Below the pieces are notes generated by a model. The model saw nothing but the letters and a program-made list of their open reading frames with translations. It did no database searches and was not told where the DNA came from. A stretch of DNA of 64,000 bases. Origin: an uncultured Candidatus Saccharibacteria bacterium. GTDB lineage: Bacteria > Patescibacteriota > Minisyncoccia > UBA6257 > 2-01-FULL-56-20. The stretch covers positions 78,061 to 142,060 of the forward strand of contig CAYWDX010000002.1 in NCBI GenBank assembly GCA_964456235.1, given 5' to 3'. Positions 8,854 to 17,235 of the stretch are shown here, one piece after another. How positions within the stretch are numbered: position 1 is the first letter of the stretch; every line of letters starts with the position of its first letter. A program made the translations under genes and the position numbers.

Positions 8854-10353
8854 TTATAACTTTTTTACCCATTTATGCTTATTGCCAAGCATGAAGTACT
8901 TGGGGTGCTCATATTCCCAAAACGCGATCCTCACGAGGGGGCGGCCCCTCACCTGATCCGAAAGCTCTCGAAATTCCGAACTCTTCCGGCGCAAAGTTTC
9001 GACAATGTGGCGCTCGGCCATTTTTGCATACTCCCGCTTGAGCTTATGATTCCGCCTTAATTCCAAATTAATTTCCAAATATTGATTACGGCGAGTGTCA
9101 TATTTGGTGATCATCGTAAATTTGCTAGTCAGGAAGCGGGTTAAATTTTTATGAAAGAGTGCCGATTTCACAAATTCGGGGAAGATAAGGACGCCATAGA
9201 GTGTCGTCGCAAGGTTTTTCCGTTCATATACATAGACCAGGGGCAATTGATTGATGTAGGGCGTAATCCTCTCCCGCTTTGCGGCAACCCTAAGCGAAAT
9301 ACCGTTTGCAGAAAGCACCTCGTTGAAATCGTCGAAGCTCAACAAACCGCCGTGATCCCCTGATTGATAGCGCACGAGGGGCGCCGGACTCCGACCCGTC
9401 AGGAATAGTTCGCCCTCAACACACTCAAAGTTAACGAAATGTGGGATGTATTGCGCGAGCGTGGGGGTTTTTAATGTGCCACCAAAAAGGCCCTCAAAAA
9501 TTTTGCCGCTATCGTAAGCCAAGCGGCGTCCGAGAATCGTGAGAGGCGTTTCGACGGCAACAGCCCCGAGCTCCGAAGTCCCATAGGTATTCATCGTATC
9601 CGTAAAAATATTTTTGACCGCCTTTTTCTCGGCAAGGTAATCCCGAAATTCTTCGGTAAACGCCTCGCCAGTGAAGACAGCGCGCAAGTTCATCGCCCGG
9701 ACATTAATCCCATCCTCAATCGCATTGTCAATAATATCTTTCACGAATGGCGGGTAGCCGGCGATCACCACTTGCCGAAACCGCGGCGCCAGGTTTTTTA
9801 AAATTTTTGTCACCTCGATTTTGTTGAGGCCCGGAGAAATGACCGATATAGGAAGCTTGCGCATATTGCTCGCAAGATATGCTGCCGCATGAATTCCCAT
9901 TCCAGCCGACCAGACCCCCATGCCGAAGGTAATGATAAAGAGCGTGGGCCCCTCAATGGTTTTTTCGTTGTTACGGAAAAAATTTTCGATGATGACCTCC
10001 CTCACCAAATCGGACTCGTTGTCACGTTGGAAATAAGTCGCTTCACCGGTAGAACCCGATGTTGCGTGAATGGTTAATGGTTTTTTAATGCTACCATCCC
10101 AAAATAATGATTCATAAGGATAGGCGTGCAGGTAATGTTCTTTGCTCGTCGGTGGAACCAGTTCGAAATCGCGCAAGGTTTTTACCTTAGCAGGATTCAC
10201 CCTCGCCTTCTTCAAAAAATCTTTATACGCGGGCACACGCTGTGCTGCTGCATGGAACAGTCGAAGGGTTTCCCGTTCCCCCGTCTTAACCCAAAACGCG
10301 CTTTTCTTGCGCTTGATGTCGTGTATGGCGAGATCGGGATTCATATGTTCCAT
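8854..10353 (-). CDS. PaaK/CapK/F390-synthetase-like adenylate-forming ligase (ANL superfamily)
   Basis: 499 aa; TIHATSGSTGEATYF matches the PaaK A3/P-loop motif (SSGTTGKP), with an N-terminal region like PaaK (…YPYESLFWDGSIKKPLTIHATSG). Confidence 0.75.
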   Translation of the reverse strand: MEHMNPDLAIHDIKRKKSAFWVKTGERETLRLFHAAAQRVPAYKDFLKKARVNPAKVKTLRDFELVPPTSKEHYLHAYPYESLFWDGSIKKPLTIHATSGSTGEATYFQRDNESDLVREVIIENFFRNNEKTIEGPTLFIITFGMGVWSAGMGIHAAAYLASNMRKLPISVISPGLNKIEVTKILKNLAPRFRQVVIAGYPPFVKDIIDNAIEDGINVRAMNLRAVFTGEAFTEEFRDYLAEKKAVKNIFTDTMNTYGTSELGAVAVETPLTILGRRLAYDSGKIFEGLFGGTLKTPTLAQYIPHFVNFECVEGELFLTGRSPAPLVRYQSGDHGGLLSFDDFNEVLSANGISLRVAAKRERITPYINQLPLVYVYERKNLATTLYGVLIFPEFVKSALFHKNLTRFLTSKFTMITKYDTRRNQYLEINLELRRNHKLKREYAKMAERHIVETLRRKSSEFRELSDQVRGRPLVRIAFWEYEHPKYFMLGNKHKWVKKL

Positions 10354-10355
10354 AA

Positions 10356-10751
10356 TTACCGCGTGATCAAACTCTGAATTCCCGACACCAATTTTTCGAT
10401 TTCCGTTTTACTGAAAATGGGCACACCGCGCAGATTTCTTGTCGCGAGCGTTCGTTTCGCTGGATCCATTTCGCCCCACGGATCATGCAAACTCGTAAAA
10501 AAGGCTACTTTAATGCCGCGCGTTTTCGGATTTTCGTGGAGCGCGAGCGCCAAATCCCAACCAGATGGTCCCGGCGGCATGTAGATGTCACTCAAGATGA
10601 GATCGGGCTGCAACGACTCAGCTTTTTTGAGGGCGTCGAGGGTTCCATGCGCCATCGCGGTCTCAAAATTTGCCGTCTTCAACTTGGCGGACGCAATGTC
10701 TAAAAACATATCTTCGTCATCAACAAGGAGAACGAGCGGGATGCTCCTCAT
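10356..10751 (-). CDS. Response regulator, receiver domain only (CheY-like)
   Basis: Receiver motifs LVLLVDDED...LILSDIYMPPG...KVAFFTS. The ORF track starts at 10805, but an ATG at 10751 (MRSIPLVLLVDDED) sits immediately downstream of an extended -10, so the shorter start is proposed. Confidence 0.75.
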   Translation of the reverse strand: MRSIPLVLLVDDEDMFLDIASAKLKTANFETAMAHGTLDALKKAESLQPDLILSDIYMPPGPSGWDLALALHENPKTRGIKVAFFTSLHDPWGEMDPAKRTLATRNLRGVPIFSKTEIEKLVSGIQSLITR

Positions 10752-10758
10752 ACCATTT

Positions 10759-10767
10759 ATTATAACA
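10759..10767 (-). promoter_or_regulatory. Extended -10 (TGnTATAAT) promoter, apparently driving a leaderless RR-ligase-E1-nitroreductase-HK-PanD operon
   Basis: The minus strand reads TTGTTATAAT AAATGGT ATG; the -10 ends 7 nt before the ATG at 10751. Confidence 0.45.
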
Positions 10768-10796
10768 AAAAAGGGCCTGCGAATTTTCGCAGGCCC
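10765..10796 (-). terminator. Intrinsic terminator downstream of the AstE/AspA-like gene
   Basis: Stem GGGCCTGCG (10773-10781) / CGCAGGCCC (10788-10796), loop AATTTT; the minus strand follows with UUUUUUGUU. Confidence 0.55.
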
Positions 10797-10811
10797 GTCG
10801 AACAAACTTCT

Positions 10812-11759
10812 TTACAATCCGAGCACCTCCGGCGGATGGGCGAGGAACATGATCTCCTCGTTCCACCGGATCGGCTTCACGCCCGGCTGCGGCATGAGCG
10901 CGCAGCAGTCGGCGGGAGCCACGATCGGCCCTTGGCTGCCGTTTGCGATGACTTGGCCCTTGGTGATGAGCTCGAAATTCTGAATCGGCTTCACGAGCTC
11001 GTACCCGGCATCCGGATACCGCACGGCGTCAAAGACCCGGTAAACCCGCTGCTCCCGCTTCGGAGCGAGATGCTCCCGATCGATCACGCCCAGCTTTGCG
11101 AGGAAGGTTTCCGCGCACGTTACGGCGCGCGGGAACGTCTCGGAAGCCTCGTGCCCACCAGCTTCGATGCCGTATACCGCGGCGCGGCCGTCGCCATAGA
11201 AGTAACACGCCGGCTTTCCCGACTGGACTTTCTCGATCCCGGCGAGTACGGTCTCGATGGGGAACCGACGGACCATGCCAGTATCGCTCCGATCAAGCGC
11301 GACAACCATGGGCAGCGTATTCGAGAGCGTGCTGTGGATGTCGAGCGCGTAATCGAATCGCGCCCAAATCCGCTGCAGCTCATACGCCCGCCGGACTTCG
11401 TACCGCGCGTCATCTTTACTCAAGACGTCCGGCAGGCGATTCATGTTCAGATCCGTGAAACGAGCCTGGATCTTTCCCTGGTCGTCGCCCGCATCCAGCG
11501 CCTCGAAATAGCGGCGCATCGCTGCGGGGTTGTTGAGGACAAAGATCACCGTCCCCTTCTGAATGTTCCAGGCATGCCGGCGACGGAATTCGTTGTACAC
11601 CGCGAGTCCGGCCGGTTCGTTACCATGGGTCCCGACGGTGATTCCTACCACCGGACCGGGAGCACCAGAGTCGAGCATCCATACTCCCTGCGCACCGTCC
11701 CGACTTTCGCGCAAGGCGTCGAACGCTTCGCGAAGCATCACTTGGGTTTCACGGTCCAC
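10812..11759 (-). CDS. Succinylglutamate desuccinylase / aspartoacylase (AstE/AspA) family zinc hydrolase
   Basis: 315 aa; GITVGTHGNEPAGL (HGNE zinc-ligand motif of the AstE_AspA family). Confidence 0.8.
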   Translation of the reverse strand: MDRETQVMLREAFDALRESRDGAQGVWMLDSGAPGPVVGITVGTHGNEPAGLAVYNEFRRRHAWNIQKGTVIFVLNNPAAMRRYFEALDAGDDQGKIQARFTDLNMNRLPDVLSKDDARYEVRRAYELQRIWARFDYALDIHSTLSNTLPMVVALDRSDTGMVRRFPIETVLAGIEKVQSGKPACYFYGDGRAAVYGIEAGGHEASETFPRAVTCAETFLAKLGVIDREHLAPKREQRVYRVFDAVRYPDAGYELVKPIQNFELITKGQVIANGSQGPIVAPADCCALMPQPGVKPIRWNEEIMFLAHPPEVLGL

Positions 11760-11829
11760 GTGAACCTCCGTTGGTGTTGGATTTTACTAATGTAAAAGAA
11801 CGTTGGCATTATACCTCTATAATATTTAT

Positions 11830-11861
11830 TTGTCAAGTGTGTGACATATGCGTTGTATAAT
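11830..11861 (+). promoter_or_regulatory. Candidate promoter in the divergent region (TTGTCA ... TATAAT, 20-nt spacer) for the DsbA-like/DsbB pair
   Basis: ttgtca 11830-11835; tataat 11856-11861. The spacer is long, so this is weak. Confidence 0.3.
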
Positions 11862-12254
11862 AGCGTAGTGAACAAAATACAGATTTGGACCTGGATCTTG
11901 GTTGGTATCGCGGGCGCAATGTCGGTATTCGTTTATATAAAAACGCTGCCGCCGCCCGCCGGGAAATACGATTCATTTGCAAAATGCATCGCGAATACTT
12001 CAACCACCTTTTACGGCGCGTTCTGGTGCCCGCATTGCGCAGACCAAAAACGCGCGTTTGGTGATGCGGCAAAATATTTGCCGTACCACGAGTGCTCGAC
12101 GCCCGACGCGCAACACGAGCTCACCTCGTGCGTGGATGCGGGCATCACGCAATATCCAACGTGGCGCTTTCCCGATGGATCGAAGCTCGTCGGTGAGCAA
12201 TCGTTCGAAACACTTTCTGCAAAAACCGGCTGCCCGTTGCCGAGCTCACCGTAA
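11841..12254 (+). CDS. Membrane-anchored thioredoxin-fold thiol:disulfide oxidoreductase (DsbA-like, CPHC active site)
   Basis: N-terminal TM helix, then FYGAFWCPHCADQKRAF (CPHC). The start is uncertain: ATG 11841 overlaps the putative -10; a GTG at 11868 is the alternative. Confidence 0.65.
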   Translation: MTYALYNSVVNKIQIWTWILVGIAGAMSVFVYIKTLPPPAGKYDSFAKCIANTSTTFYGAFWCPHCADQKRAFGDAAKYLPYHECSTPDAQHELTSCVDAGITQYPTWRFPDGSKLVGEQSFETLSAKTGCPLPSSP

Positions 12255-12284
12255 CGCTGGTACAATGAATTTAATAATTTCTTA

Positions 12285-12842
12285 ATGACGCCGTTCGTCC
12301 AAAACATTACGAATATTTTTTCTTTTTTTGTCCTACTCGGCGATATGGTTGCGGTCGCGCTCTTCGCGGTCCTGATCACGCCGCTCAGGCGCACACAGAG
12401 CGGCCGGGCGCTCACGAACTTTATTGGCGAGCGAGCGGTACTGCTTTCTTTTCTCATCGCGCTCGGCGCAACGCTCGGCAGCTTGTTTTATTCAGAGATC
12501 GCGGGTTTCGCGCCCTGCGTCCTTTGCTGGTGGCAGCGCATCTTCCTTTATCCGCAAGTTATTTTGCTATTCGTCGGCTTTATGAAAAAAGATCAGCTGA
12601 TCCGCCTTCATTCTATTATTCTCTCACTCGTCGGCGGCGTTATCGCTCTTTACCACACGTTCATCCAATTCGGCGGCGAGGCGATCGTCCCCTGCAGCGC
12701 CACTGGCCCCAGCTGTACGACACTTTATTTTCTGGAATATGGGTACATAACGATCCCGACGATGTCGCTCACGGTTTTTGCGCTTTTACTCCTCATCATG
12801 CTCACGCCGCACCCTAAGGATAAGCAGGTGAACGAGCTTTAA
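12285..12842 (+). CDS. Disulfide bond formation protein B (DsbB/BdbC family)
   Basis: 185 aa, 4 TM; first Cys pair PCVLCWWQR (BdbC-type CxxCWxQR), second pair PCSATGPSC. Confidence 0.75.
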   Translation: MTPFVQNITNIFSFFVLLGDMVAVALFAVLITPLRRTQSGRALTNFIGERAVLLSFLIALGATLGSLFYSEIAGFAPCVLCWWQRIFLYPQVILLFVGFMKKDQLIRLHSIILSLVGGVIALYHTFIQFGGEAIVPCSATGPSCTTLYFLEYGYITIPTMSLTVFALLLLIMLTPHPKDKQVNEL

Positions 12843-12852
12843 AAACGGCGGC

Positions 12853-13263
12853 CTACCGCCGCCGTTCGGTCTGCGAGATTTTTTCGAGCATCGCGATCAA
12901 TGCGCGGCGCTCTTTTTTGCTGAGGATAGAAAACAGTTGGCCGATTTTTTTCACGCGCTCGCGCATGCCCCGGGCGAAAAATGCCTTGCCCTGCGCGGTG
13001 AGCGCGAGGCGGGCGGTGCGACGATCCTTGGGATCAAGCGAGCGGCGAAGCAGGCCTTCGCGCACGAGCCCATCAACAAGCAGTGACGCCGCCGGGCGCG
13101 TCACGCATAAAAACTGCGCTACTTCATGGATGGGCGGCCTCCCCCTTTCCTTCACGTAGCGCAGGGTCTGAAAGTGGACCATCGAATGGCGCTGTTTTTC
13201 GTCGCGCATGCGCCTGCCGAGGCCGAAGAGGAGGGTGAAAATTTTTGCGTCGTCAGATGCCAT
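12853..13263 (-). CDS. MarR family transcriptional regulator
   Basis: 136 aa; winged HTH (FQTLRYVKERGRPPIHEVAQFLCVTRPAASLLVDGLVREGLLRRSLDPKDRRTARLALT). Confidence 0.85.
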   Translation of the reverse strand: MASDDAKIFTLLFGLGRRMRDEKQRHSMVHFQTLRYVKERGRPPIHEVAQFLCVTRPAASLLVDGLVREGLLRRSLDPKDRRTARLALTAQGKAFFARGMRERVKKIGQLFSILSKKERRALIAMLEKISQTERRR

Positions 13264-13348
13264 GATGGGAGTCTACCCATTCTGTGTAGCATGGTGACTA
13301 TGGCGGCGCAAGCCGATCGGCCAAAGCTAACCAACCGAAACCAGCCGG

Positions 13349-13801
13349 TTAACTCGAGCCGCGCGCATAGAGCCCCGTGAGCGTTGCGGTTTCTAAAATA
13401 TGTCCTTCCATAAAACTTTCGAGCTCCGGCTTTCCGGTGGCGTCGGTCTGCAAATCGAGAACGGTATCCAGCGCATACAATTGGATCTCGTAGTGGTGCG
13501 GCGCCCCGGGCGGCGGGCACGGCCCGGTATATCCCGCTCCCCGACTATTCATACCCTCGCTTGATCCTGGCGGAACGCTCTCTTCTTTAATCACAGTCGT
13601 GCGCGGCGGAATATTCCAAACCGCCCAGTGGGTGAAACCACCCGGCATGGGCGCATCGGGGTCGTGCATAATGAGCACCAAACTTTGCGCCTCAGCGGGC
13701 ACATTCTGGATGATGAACTCCGGATTAATATTTCCACCGTCGCACGTAAATTTTTTCGGGATCGAACCGTGCTCTTCAAATGATGGGCTGGTTATGATCA
13801 T
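13349..13801 (-). CDS. YbhB/YbcL family protein (PEBP / Raf-kinase-inhibitor-like)
   Basis: 150 aa; LIMHDPDAP...GFTHWAVWNIP...HHYEIQLYALD are PEBP motifs. Confidence 0.8.
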   Translation of the reverse strand: MIITSPSFEEHGSIPKKFTCDGGNINPEFIIQNVPAEAQSLVLIMHDPDAPMPGGFTHWAVWNIPPRTTVIKEESVPPGSSEGMNSRGAGYTGPCPPPGAPHHYEIQLYALDTVLDLQTDATGKPELESFMEGHILETATLTGLYARGSS

Positions 13802-13859
13802 GGTTATATTATTGAGCGGATCGTGCCACAGCGCACTGCGGCGTTACGCGGTCGCGCCG

Positions 13860-14201
13860 TTACGGCCTTGTACCGCTCGCATATTCATCGTATTCCTGCT
13901 TCATGAAATTTCTTTGAACGGGGTCGCGGGGCTTCGTGACGCCCGGATAGCGCCAGGCACTGATAATTTTCCGCTCGCGCCGGGAATCCTGGAACATCAC
14001 CCAGATTTCTTGATTCCATTTCCCCGCCCGCAAAGCCCCTGGCTGCATCGCGGCTATCGTTTTGGGAGCCACCCCTTCTTCAGTCCGCTTGGGCGCATTC
14101 AACACGCGTCGCACTCGCGACGGCGACAACCGGTAAAACTGCATCTTGGCCTTCGCGTGGAATGTCCAAGAAAATAATTTTGGTTTGAGTATTTCAGACA
14201 T
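13860..14201 (-). CDS. Small hypothetical protein, possibly DUF4258-like
   Basis: 113 aa; N-terminal WTFHAKAKMQFYRLSPSRVRRVL resembles the tfHAxeRM...is.eev signature of DUF4258. Overlaps the upstream gene by 8 nt. Confidence 0.35.
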   Translation of the reverse strand: MSEILKPKLFSWTFHAKAKMQFYRLSPSRVRRVLNAPKRTEEGVAPKTIAAMQPGALRAGKWNQEIWVMFQDSRRERKIISAWRYPGVTKPRDPVQRNFMKQEYDEYASGTRP

Positions 14202-14877
14202 TCAACCTGCTTGCCGCGTGCCGATAGGGGCAATATTCACAATCCGCCGACGCGTCCGGCGCTTCGCCTGAATCGAGAATCGCGCGGGCGCGGCGCAACC
14301 CCTGCTCCACCCACGAATCATCACCGGCAAGGGGCTCGACAAAAAGGTCAAAGGCGAGCGCTGCATCGCCATTCCCAAAGCCCTTCCCCTTATTGACGCG
14401 GGCGAACACAAAATAACCGGTCGGGGAAACTTTAAATTTATTTTGTCGCAGCAGCCACTGGTATACTTCCATCTGCCGCCGGTAGGAATCATAAATCTGG
14501 TGCTCTTTCGCACCCGTCGCCTTGTAATCAACCACCATCAATTCACCATCGGCATTCACCCAGATGTCGTCGACGGCTCCATAAACCAAGAAGTCGGTTT
14601 TTTTATGTTCGAATTGGACGCCGGTAAAATTGTGGCGCCACTGGCTCATCTTTTCATGCTGGAACGGGACCGCCCGAATACCATTCTTTATCATGACGGG
14701 GTGCGCGGTGCCCTTTTCACGGTGCACATCAAATTCTTCCTTGAGGAGATAATCGATCGCGTTGTTGATCGTGAACGGGGGCCCGGAGGGACGCTTCACG
14801 CCGTGATTCATATCGAGCCAAAAACAGCGCGGGCAATCGAGGGAGAGTTCTAATTTCGTGCGCGAAAGCTTCGTCAT
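14194..14877 (-). CDS. PD-(D/E)xK nuclease superfamily protein, Cas4/RecB-like with four Cys
   Basis: 227 aa; N-terminal CPRCFW, C-terminal CEYCPY, nuclease motif GAVDDIW...ELMVVDYKATG (D...ExK). Confidence 0.6.
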   Translation of the reverse strand: MTKLSRTKLELSLDCPRCFWLDMNHGVKRPSGPPFTINNAIDYLLKEEFDVHREKGTAHPVMIKNGIRAVPFQHEKMSQWRHNFTGVQFEHKKTDFLVYGAVDDIWVNADGELMVVDYKATGAKEHQIYDSYRRQMEVYQWLLRQNKFKVSPTGYFVFARVNKGKGFGNGDAALAFDLFVEPLAGDDSWVEQGLRRARAILDSGEAPDASADCEYCPYRHAASRLNV

Positions 14878-14928
14878 CAGGCCATTATACCAGAGGAGCC
14901 ATTAAAGAACTATTAAAATTTGGTTGCG

Positions 14929-16590
14929 TTATTGCGTCGCGGCGATGTGCTTCAGGCTGTACGCCAAATTCCCATCCACTTTTTTCCCTGGATTAAAAAT
15001 ATCTAACGGATCAAAAATCTTTTTAACTTTTTCAAACAAGGCGACGATGTTCGGGCCGTACATTTCGGTAAGATACGGCGTGCGAATGAGGCCGTCGTTA
15101 TGCTCGGCCGTGATCGAGCCGTGATACCGGAACACGAGCCGATAGACCTCTTCGGAAATTTTCGGGATGAGGGCGCGGATGCGCTCTTGCTTCAGGTCCA
15201 TGAGCGGAATGATGTGGAAATTACCATTGCCGGGATGGCCAGCGATCGTGTAGATCAAATCATTTTTATATTTATCGAGGATCGCGTTCAGCTTTGGCAT
15301 GAACTCGGGCAAATATTCCGGCTTCACGATGAAGTCGTCGATGAACGGCGCCGTATCTTTCCCCGTAACCGCGCCATGCAGCAGTGCAAAACTTTGGCGG
15401 CGAATCGCCCAATACTTTTCCGCTTCCTGGGCGTTGCGCAAAACGCGGATGTTCACGCCCGGCTTCGTTTGCGAAAATTTGTTTACGGCGGCGCGCAAAC
15501 GCTCAAGCTGCATCGCAAGGTCATGCTCGCTATCCGACGCCAGCTCCACCAGCACCACCATTTTCGGCATGCCGTGCCGCAGCACCATGAGCATTTCGGG
15601 AATAAATTGCCAGGCAAGTTTGAAAATATTCCCCTTCATTGAGCCGAGTACCGCCCGCCACAACGTGACGGCCACGCTCAAGGTTTTGTCATCATATGAT
15701 TCCAAACTCTCCGGATGGAATTTAAGGAGTTCAACGACGAGGTCGGCAATGGGGTCCAGCGTTTTCAGGAACACCACTGCCAGGCGCGAATATTTTTTTG
15801 CCGGCACGAGGCCGAGTTTTGCTTCGGCAAGCAAGCCGAGCGTCCCCTGGGCGCCTACAAAGATTTTCGTGAGGTCGAAAACATCTTTTTCTTTATCCCA
15901 CACATCCCACAAATAATAGCCGGCGGAATTTTTTGAAACATCGGGTTTCGCCTTTTTGATTTCGTCGTAATGTTCATTCAATAGTTGGTATGTTTTTTCA
16001 TAAAGATCGCCCTCGAAACTTTCCTCGTTGAGTTTGGCGTGAAGTTCGGCGCCCGAAAGCGGCTTCAAAACATGTTCTCTGCCATCGCTCAAGACCACCT
16101 TCAGTTCGCGCACATAATCTTCGGTCTTGCCATAGGCAAGCGTTTTCTCGCCGCCGGAATTGTTGTTCACGATGCCGCCGATTGCACAGAGGTCTTTTGA
16201 GGCGGGGTATGCCGGGAACAATAATCCGCGGGCATTAAGCTGCTTTTCGAGATCGCGGAAGTAAACGCCGGGCTCCACCACGGCATAGGAATCCTCAATT
16301 TTTTTGATGTGATTATAAAACTTCGTAAAGGAGACGATGATGCCGTTATTGAGCGGGCCGCCGGTCATATCGGTCCCCGCAGACCGTCCGGTGAGCGAAA
16401 TGGGTTCGCCCGCAGTTTTTTTCTTAGCAACAAAGGCGACTAAATTTTTGAGATCCTCGATGTCTTTTGGGTATACGACGAGCTGCGGCCTTACTTTGAA
16501 CAAAGAATAATCACGGCTGAACTTGGTGAGCGTCGCATCATCACCGGCAACGTCACCATGAAAAAACGAGCGGATTTCATCGGCCAACAT
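14929..16590 (-). CDS. FAD-linked oxidase (GlcD/D-lactate dehydrogenase-like, PCMH-type FAD-binding)
   Basis: 553 aa; N-terminal FAD-binding PCMH domain (LVVYPKDIEDLKNLVAFVAKKK...ISLTGRSAGTD...GGPLNNGIIVSF) and C-terminal FAD-oxidase domain. Confidence 0.85.
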   Translation of the reverse strand: MLADEIRSFFHGDVAGDDATLTKFSRDYSLFKVRPQLVVYPKDIEDLKNLVAFVAKKKTAGEPISLTGRSAGTDMTGGPLNNGIIVSFTKFYNHIKKIEDSYAVVEPGVYFRDLEKQLNARGLLFPAYPASKDLCAIGGIVNNNSGGEKTLAYGKTEDYVRELKVVLSDGREHVLKPLSGAELHAKLNEESFEGDLYEKTYQLLNEHYDEIKKAKPDVSKNSAGYYLWDVWDKEKDVFDLTKIFVGAQGTLGLLAEAKLGLVPAKKYSRLAVVFLKTLDPIADLVVELLKFHPESLESYDDKTLSVAVTLWRAVLGSMKGNIFKLAWQFIPEMLMVLRHGMPKMVVLVELASDSEHDLAMQLERLRAAVNKFSQTKPGVNIRVLRNAQEAEKYWAIRRQSFALLHGAVTGKDTAPFIDDFIVKPEYLPEFMPKLNAILDKYKNDLIYTIAGHPGNGNFHIIPLMDLKQERIRALIPKISEEVYRLVFRYHGSITAEHNDGLIRTPYLTEMYGPNIVALFEKVKKIFDPLDIFNPGKKVDGNLAYSLKHIAATQ

Positions 16591-16626
16591 ACGCTCATTG
16601 TACCACGCGTCGAGTGCCTCCCCCCG

Positions 16627-17232
16627 CTATGTGATTCGCGTCGCCGCGGCGCGTGCTGCGGCGACGCGCACCGCTCCTTGGCGCAAAATTTTTACGCGCC
16701 CATGTTGAAACGTGATGAGGGTGGAGGGCTTCGCTTTAAATTTTCCTGCATCGATATAGAGCTTCACCGCCGTCCCAAAATATTTTTTCGCTTCACGGAT
16801 GGTGCGCGCGGGCAATTTGCCCTCATGATTGGCGCTTGGCGCCACGAGCGGCCCGGTTTCAAGCAGAAGTTTTCGCAACCAGCTTGGTTTCGGCAGGCGA
16901 AACGCGAGCGTGTGAGTTCCTCGATGCAGATAGGCAAATTTTTTAGATTTTTTTAATGAAAAAATGATGCTGATTTTGCCGGGCCAAAATGATTTCAACG
17001 GCCGGCGCATGCCCGCAGTAACCGTTGCGCCAAAGGCTGCGAGCTGGCTGATATCACCGATCAAAATGATCAGCGGTTTTTTCAAATTTCGCTTCCGCAA
17101 GCGATAGATTCGCCGCACCGCCTTCGGCAACAGCGCCGAGCCGACGATGCCATAGATAGTATCGGTTGGCATCACCACGACTGTTCCGGCACGCAAGCAC
17201 GTAACCGCGTTCGCGAAATCTTTTTTGTGCAT
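16627..17232 (-). CDS. tsaC: L-threonylcarbamoyladenylate synthase (YrdC/TsaC/Sua5 family)
   Basis: 201 aa; VVVMPTDTIYGIVGSAL, the YrdC signature. Confidence 0.85.
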   Translation of the reverse strand: MHKKDFANAVTCLRAGTVVVMPTDTIYGIVGSALLPKAVRRIYRLRKRNLKKPLIILIGDISQLAAFGATVTAGMRRPLKSFWPGKISIIFSLKKSKKFAYLHRGTHTLAFRLPKPSWLRKLLLETGPLVAPSANHEGKLPARTIREAKKYFGTAVKLYIDAGKFKAKPSTLITFQHGRVKILRQGAVRVAAARAAATRIT

Positions 17233-17235
17233 AAA

